Program-made: the position numbers and the translations under genes | Assembly (NCBI GenBank): GCA_050246315.1 | Contig: JBFWWG010000003.1 | Location: 288,001-352,000 of the forward strand | DNA: 64,000 bases | Source of the DNA: Nitrospiraceae bacterium | GTDB lineage: Bacteria; Nitrospirota; Nitrospiria; Nitrospirales; Nitrospiraceae | Reading direction: 5' to 3' | Part shown: one piece after another, positions 59,456 to 64,000 of the stretch | How the letters are laid out: every line of letters starts with the position of its first letter | Position numbering within the stretch: the stretch's first letter is position 1 | The notes under the pieces: generated by a model | Databases searched by the model: none | The model's input: the letters and a program-made list of their open reading frames with translations, nothing else | Told to the model about the DNA's origin: nothing

Positions 59456-61552
59456 ATGAGCGCAGGACCAGGTGCTGTCATCAGAAACGTCGCGCTCGTT
59501 TCCTACTCCGGAGCCGGGAAGACCTCCCTGGCTGAAGCCCTTGCCTTCGGCGCCGGTGTCATCCCCGCGCCGGGATCGGTATCCCTCGGTACGACCCTGT
59601 CCGACTTCGAACCCGAAGAGCAGCATCGCCAGCACTCCTTTAGCACCGCACTCCTTCAGCTGTCTTATCAGCACCACATTCTGTCCATTCTTGATACACC
59701 GGGCGAGCGCAATTTCCAGGGCGAAGCGCTGGCGGCGCTGCGGGCGGCCGATTCAGTTATCGTCGTGATCAACGCGGTCATGGGTATCCGGCCGCAGCTC
59801 ATACGGCTCTGGGAGCAGGTCCGCTCGCTGAGGCTGCCGGCCCTCGTATTTCTGACCGATCTGGAGCATGCCCAGGTGCCGTTCGACTCGCTAGTTCGCG
59901 CCTGTGCTGAGGCGCTTGAGGTCATGGCGCTGCCGTTGGTCCTGCCCGTGGGCCAGGGGGAGCAGCTCGAAGCGGTCGCCGACGTGCTGGCCGGATCGTT
60001 ACTGAAATCTGGTCCAGAATCGAATCGGGTGCAGATGCTCCCGCTGCCGGAGGCCTGCTCCGCCCCCGTAGCCGAGGCCAAACGACAACTGATCGAAGCG
60101 GCCGCTGTGACGGACGACGCCCTCCTCGAAGCCTACCTGGCCGGCGGCGAGCTGGCGATGGACCAGATTCATCGCGGGCTGGCCGCCGCGGTGCATAGTG
60201 GACGGATGCTGCCGGTCTTGTGCGGGTCCGCGGTTCGGCATCTCGGCATCCAAAGCCTCTTGGACGCGATCGTGCGGTATCTACCCGCACCGACCCAGGG
60301 TCAAACGGACCCGTTCGCCCAGGCGGTCCATCCCAACGACTCCACTCCGGTGTTGAGACAGGGGCTGCTTGACGAGAAGTTTTCCGCGCTCGTCTTTAAG
60401 ACGATCATCGATCCCTTTATGGGGCGCATGACATACATCCGCGTGTGCTCCGGCTCCCTCCAAGCCGATACCCCGGTCTTCAACACCAGCCGACAGGTCC
60501 GGGAGCGCGGTGGACATCTCTTCACCGTCGTGGGGAAGAAGTACCAAGCCGTCCCAGTCCTGAGCGCAGGCCAGATCGGCGCCATCGGCAAACTCAAGGA
60601 TACGCAGACCGGGGATACACTCTGCGATGAAGCGGACCCGGTAGTGTTTCCGGCTCTTCCGTTACCGCGCCCGGTGCTATCGTACGCCTTGGAGCCGAAG
60701 TCGAAGGCCGACATTGAAAAGGTCAGTCTCGGCTTGCACAAGCTGGTCGAGGAGGACCCCACGCTCGCGCTTCTGCGCAACGATGAGACCAAGGAACTGG
60801 TGCTGAGCGGTCTGGGCCAGGTTCATATCGACGTGGCGGTGGAACGGCTGCGCCGCAAGTACGGCGTGGAAGTGGAGCTCCACACCCCACGCGTGCCCTA
60901 TAAAGAGACCATCCGATCCGCGTCCTCTGCACAGGGCAAGTATAAGAAACAGACCGGCGGCCACGGCCAGTACGGCGATTGCTGGCTGCAGCTTACCCCG
61001 CTGGAACGCGGTACCGGCTTCAAGTTCGAGAACAAGATCGTCGGCGGCGCCATCCCTCGCAATTTCATCCCGGCGGTGGAGAAAGGCATCGTGGAAGCCA
61101 TGCATGAGGGGGTGCTCGCCGGCTTTCCCGTGGTCGATCTTCAGGTCACTGTCTACGACGGCTCGTATCATGTCGTCGATTCGTCGGAACTCGCTTTCAA
61201 GATCGCGGCCTCGATGGGCTTCAAGAAAGCCATGGAGGCCGCACATCCTATCTTGTTGGAGCCCTTGATGCATGTCGAAGTGAGTTGTCCTGACGAGTTC
61301 GTGGGCGCGGTGATCGGCGACTTGAATGGACGGCGCGGCCGTATCGTCACCGTGACGGCCAAGGGCCACACGGAATCCATCGAGGCGATTGCGCCGCTGG
61401 CCGAGATGCTTCGCTATGCCTCAAGCCTCAACGGCCTGACCGGCGGGCGCGCAGACTATGCGATGGAGTTATCCGGATACGAAGAAGTACCACGCGACCA
61501 GGCCACAAAAGTGATCGAGGAAGCCAAGGCCTCGCGGCATGCCGTCGCCTGA
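59456..61552 (+). CDS. Elongation factor G paralog (EF-G II-like)
   Basis: IRNVAL, GAGKTSL, LDTPG, EEDPTL, VPYKETI, KKQTGGHGQYG, DGSYH.VDSSE.AF. Confidence 0.9.
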   Translation: MSAGPGAVIRNVALVSYSGAGKTSLAEALAFGAGVIPAPGSVSLGTTLSDFEPEEQHRQHSFSTALLQLSYQHHILSILDTPGERNFQGEALAALRAADSVIVVINAVMGIRPQLIRLWEQVRSLRLPALVFLTDLEHAQVPFDSLVRACAEALEVMALPLVLPVGQGEQLEAVADVLAGSLLKSGPESNRVQMLPLPEACSAPVAEAKRQLIEAAAVTDDALLEAYLAGGELAMDQIHRGLAAAVHSGRMLPVLCGSAVRHLGIQSLLDAIVRYLPAPTQGQTDPFAQAVHPNDSTPVLRQGLLDEKFSALVFKTIIDPFMGRMTYIRVCSGSLQADTPVFNTSRQVRERGGHLFTVVGKKYQAVPVLSAGQIGAIGKLKDTQTGDTLCDEADPVVFPALPLPRPVLSYALEPKSKADIEKVSLGLHKLVEEDPTLALLRNDETKELVLSGLGQVHIDVAVERLRRKYGVEVELHTPRVPYKETIRSASSAQGKYKKQTGGHGQYGDCWLQLTPLERGTGFKFENKIVGGAIPRNFIPAVEKGIVEAMHEGVLAGFPVVDLQVTVYDGSYHVVDSSELAFKIAASMGFKKAMEAAHPILLEPLMHVEVSCPDEFVGAVIGDLNGRRGRIVTVTAKGHTESIEAIAPLAEMLRYASSLNGLTGGRADYAMELSGYEEVPRDQATKVIEEAKASRHAVA

Positions 61553-61612
61553 CGCAACTGAATAATGATGAGGTTACATCGCGGGGAGGGGAGCAGGCCC
61601 GACTCAGTCCGG

Positions 61613-63055
61613 CTAGCCGGTCTTGAGCACGACGTAAAAGGCGCGGCTCTCTCTAATCACGCGCAACAAGAGAGATTCGCCGCGACGGGTACGTGCCACG
61701 GCGGCTGTGAACTCGCCCACCGAATGCACTTCGGTCCGATTGACCTCCTTGATCAGATCGCCCTCTCGCAAGCCTTCCGCATGAGCCAGAGTGCCGCGAT
61801 CCACCTTGGAGACCAAGACACCGTGCGTTTCTTTCAGCTTGAACTTCTCCGCAAGCGCGGCCGTCAGATCCTGGACATCCAGGCCGAGTTTGCCGTCGGC
61901 ATGCACCTGTGGCACAGAGGCCGGAACGGCCCCGTCGCGCCGCTCGGACAGCGCCACTTCAATCTCCCGCCGATGCCCGTCCCGAATGATCTCGACCCTC
62001 GCGGTGCTGCCCGGGTCCAGCGTCGCCACCACGCGTGAAAGGCGGTTCGGTGAATCGATCGCGGCTCGATTGATCTTGGTGATGACGTCCCCTGGGTGGA
62101 TTCCCGAGGCTGCCGCCGGATCGCCGTCGAACACCTCATTCACGAGGACGCCGTCCGTTTCGGTGACGCCGAACTTCTTGGCCAATTCGGCGGTGAGGGG
62201 CTGAATACCCACGCCCAGCCAAGCCCGCACTACGCGTCCCCGGGTCAGAAGTTGCTGAACGACCTGTTTGGCCATATTCGACGGAATCGCAAACCCGATC
62301 CCTTGGGCAAAATTGATGATCGCCGTGTTGATCCCGATGACTTCGCCGCGCAAATTGAACAGCGGCCCCCCTGAATTACCGGGATTGATCGAGGCGTCGG
62401 TCTGAATAAAATTCTCATATCGGGAGAGGTTGATGTTCTCCCGACCCACGCCGCTGACCACGCCGAGCGTCACCGTTCGTTCGAGCCCGAAGGGATTGCC
62501 CACTGCCAGCACCCATTGGCCCACACGCACTGTTGAGGAGTCGCCAAAATTGGCGTAGGGCAGATCTCGGGGAGTCGCCAATTTCAACACCGCGAGGTCG
62601 GTGTCCTGATCTCGCCCGACCACCTGAGCAATGGCCTTGGTCCGATCGGAGAACCGGACCTCGACTTCGGTCGCGTCGCCGACCACGTGGTTGTTGGTGA
62701 CGATATGGCCCTGGCGGTCGATGACGACGCCCGCACCCGATCCCGTGGCACCCGGCTGGCGTTCGCGTCCTTGGTCCAGCGTCCCGGAGGAAGCTTGAAC
62801 CGGGAAAATGTTCACGACCGACGGTCCAGCCCGTTCGGCCAAGTCCGTGATCACGTCTTGGATCTGCTCCAGCAGCTTGAGCCCTGACGACACATCATGC
62901 GTTGGCCCAACCGGAGCCGCTCTCTGAGCCGCCGCCATGGGCAAGGAAGGTAGGATACCCAGGGATAGCAGACCCACGGCAACCGCAAGGATGCCTCGGC
63001 ATCGTGGCTTGTCGGCCAGCGGCTTGTTGCAAGGCCTTGTGTCCATGCGTCCCAT
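61613..63055 (-). CDS. HtrA/DegP-family periplasmic serine protease with two PDZ domains
   Basis: TNNHVV, DLAVLK, QTDASINPGNSGGPL. Confidence 0.95.
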   Translation of the reverse strand: MGRMDTRPCNKPLADKPRCRGILAVAVGLLSLGILPSLPMAAAQRAAPVGPTHDVSSGLKLLEQIQDVITDLAERAGPSVVNIFPVQASSGTLDQGRERQPGATGSGAGVVIDRQGHIVTNNHVVGDATEVEVRFSDRTKAIAQVVGRDQDTDLAVLKLATPRDLPYANFGDSSTVRVGQWVLAVGNPFGLERTVTLGVVSGVGRENINLSRYENFIQTDASINPGNSGGPLFNLRGEVIGINTAIINFAQGIGFAIPSNMAKQVVQQLLTRGRVVRAWLGVGIQPLTAELAKKFGVTETDGVLVNEVFDGDPAAASGIHPGDVITKINRAAIDSPNRLSRVVATLDPGSTARVEIIRDGHRREIEVALSERRDGAVPASVPQVHADGKLGLDVQDLTAALAEKFKLKETHGVLVSKVDRGTLAHAEGLREGDLIKEVNRTEVHSVGEFTAAVARTRRGESLLLRVIRESRAFYVVLKTG

Positions 63056-63075
63056 GACCGTACCGTTGTCTTCCT

Positions 63076-63711
63076 TTATGCGAGACGTTCAGCGGCCCGG
63101 CTGGCCGTAAGTTGAGCTACACAGGGCATGAGGGCTTGTGCGGAGCCCGCAAGGGCTACGTGATCTCCGGCACGAAGCATCGATCGGTCCGTCGGATTCA
63201 GCAAGACGGCTCCACGAACGACCATCAGGACACGCACGTCGTACCGAGGACCCAGCGCGTCGAACGGAAGGCCGATACAGGACGATCCTCTGGCCACCGC
63301 CACATAGGTAAAGGTTTCTCCTCGGACCTGGAGATCACGATAGTAGCGTATCAGATCGTCATGAACAAATTCCGACCGCAGAACCCCCACTTGGACGTTG
63401 ATTCGCCCCAATTGTTCCTTATAGGCCTGAACCTGGGGAAGCGATTGGCGGACAACGTCCTCCGCTGCCAAGTGTGCACCTTGACTCTCGGAGGGGCTGC
63501 TGAGGTCACTGACCGCCCGACAGACGGCCTCTCCAAGTTGACGATGGACTCGCGTCAGCCCCGCCTGGATGTGCGACGCCTGCCAATGGAGGCGCATCAG
63601 TTGCACCTTGCGATTGACCCGCTCGGCTACGGCGAGCGTGCTTTCCTCGATGGTCGTCAGGGTAAATCGAACTTCCTGACGCAGCCGGGTGAGCAAATCG
63701 AGGTGGATCAT
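63076..63711 (-). CDS. Helical protein with C-terminal TrkA-C (RCK-C)-like domain
   Basis: S.CIG.....L..RYDVRVLMVVRG....NP.....LRAGD.V...G pattern. Confidence 0.65.
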   Translation of the reverse strand: MIHLDLLTRLRQEVRFTLTTIEESTLAVAERVNRKVQLMRLHWQASHIQAGLTRVHRQLGEAVCRAVSDLSSPSESQGAHLAAEDVVRQSLPQVQAYKEQLGRINVQVGVLRSEFVHDDLIRYYRDLQVRGETFTYVAVARGSSCIGLPFDALGPRYDVRVLMVVRGAVLLNPTDRSMLRAGDHVALAGSAQALMPCVAQLTASRAAERLA

Positions 63712-63794
63712 TGTCCGGTAAGGATCGTCTTATGACGTCGGATAAGATCTATTATGTAAACTAAAGGCCATCCATTCCATTCATAACTCAGATC

Positions 63795-64000
63795 CTACGC
63801 ACTCGAAACCGATTCTGCCTGACCGCGACTGCCCTCCTGTCGCTTCCCGATCTTTGGTTCCGTGCCGTTCCAGAGACGACGCATATTGTCCCGATGCCGC
63901 AGGAGAATCGCCCCGCTCACCAGGAAAGCGAACACAACGAGCGGGCGATCGCCTCGCAGCAGCGCCACCAATGGAAATAACGTGAAGGCGGCAATCGCGG
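63795..64000 (-). CDS. plsY: Glycerol-3-phosphate acyltransferase PlsY, C-terminal part
   Basis: Manual translation ...AILLRHRDNMRRLWNGTEPKIG (RHxxNxxRLxxGxE motif). Confidence 0.8.
   Translation of the reverse strand, partial: AIAAFTLFPLVALLRGDRPLVVFAFLVSGAILLRHRDNMRRLWNGTEPKIGKRQEGSRGQAESVSSA

Overview
A GC-rich bacterial chromosomal window; gene content and order suggest a Nitrospira-like organism (inference). Housekeeping genes include sdhB, rpmB, lpxD, acp, fabF, lptFG, accA, dnaE, purH, purD, tsaC, coaD, rsmD, radC, an HtrA protease and a partial plsY. Notable blocks: an archease-rtcB RNA-ligase pair; a cobalamin-riboswitch-controlled btuF-cobQ-pduO unit; and a 13-kb Chp/Pil-like chemosensory cluster. 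That cluster has a c-heme periplasmic protein, a triple-Hpt CheA, a receiver with a 31-residue-repeat coiled coil, a His-less Hpt protein, an ExeA ATPase and a degenerate HD-GYP protein. Also present: a FAD/Fe-S oxidoreductase + small diheme cytochrome + GG-less ubiquitin-like protein unit, and an EF-G paralog with altered G motifs. A decayed IS3 element and an IS110 remnant both appear inserted into REP-like palindromic repeats. An accessory patch lies between dnaE and purH. All calls come from manual motif reading; no searches were run.
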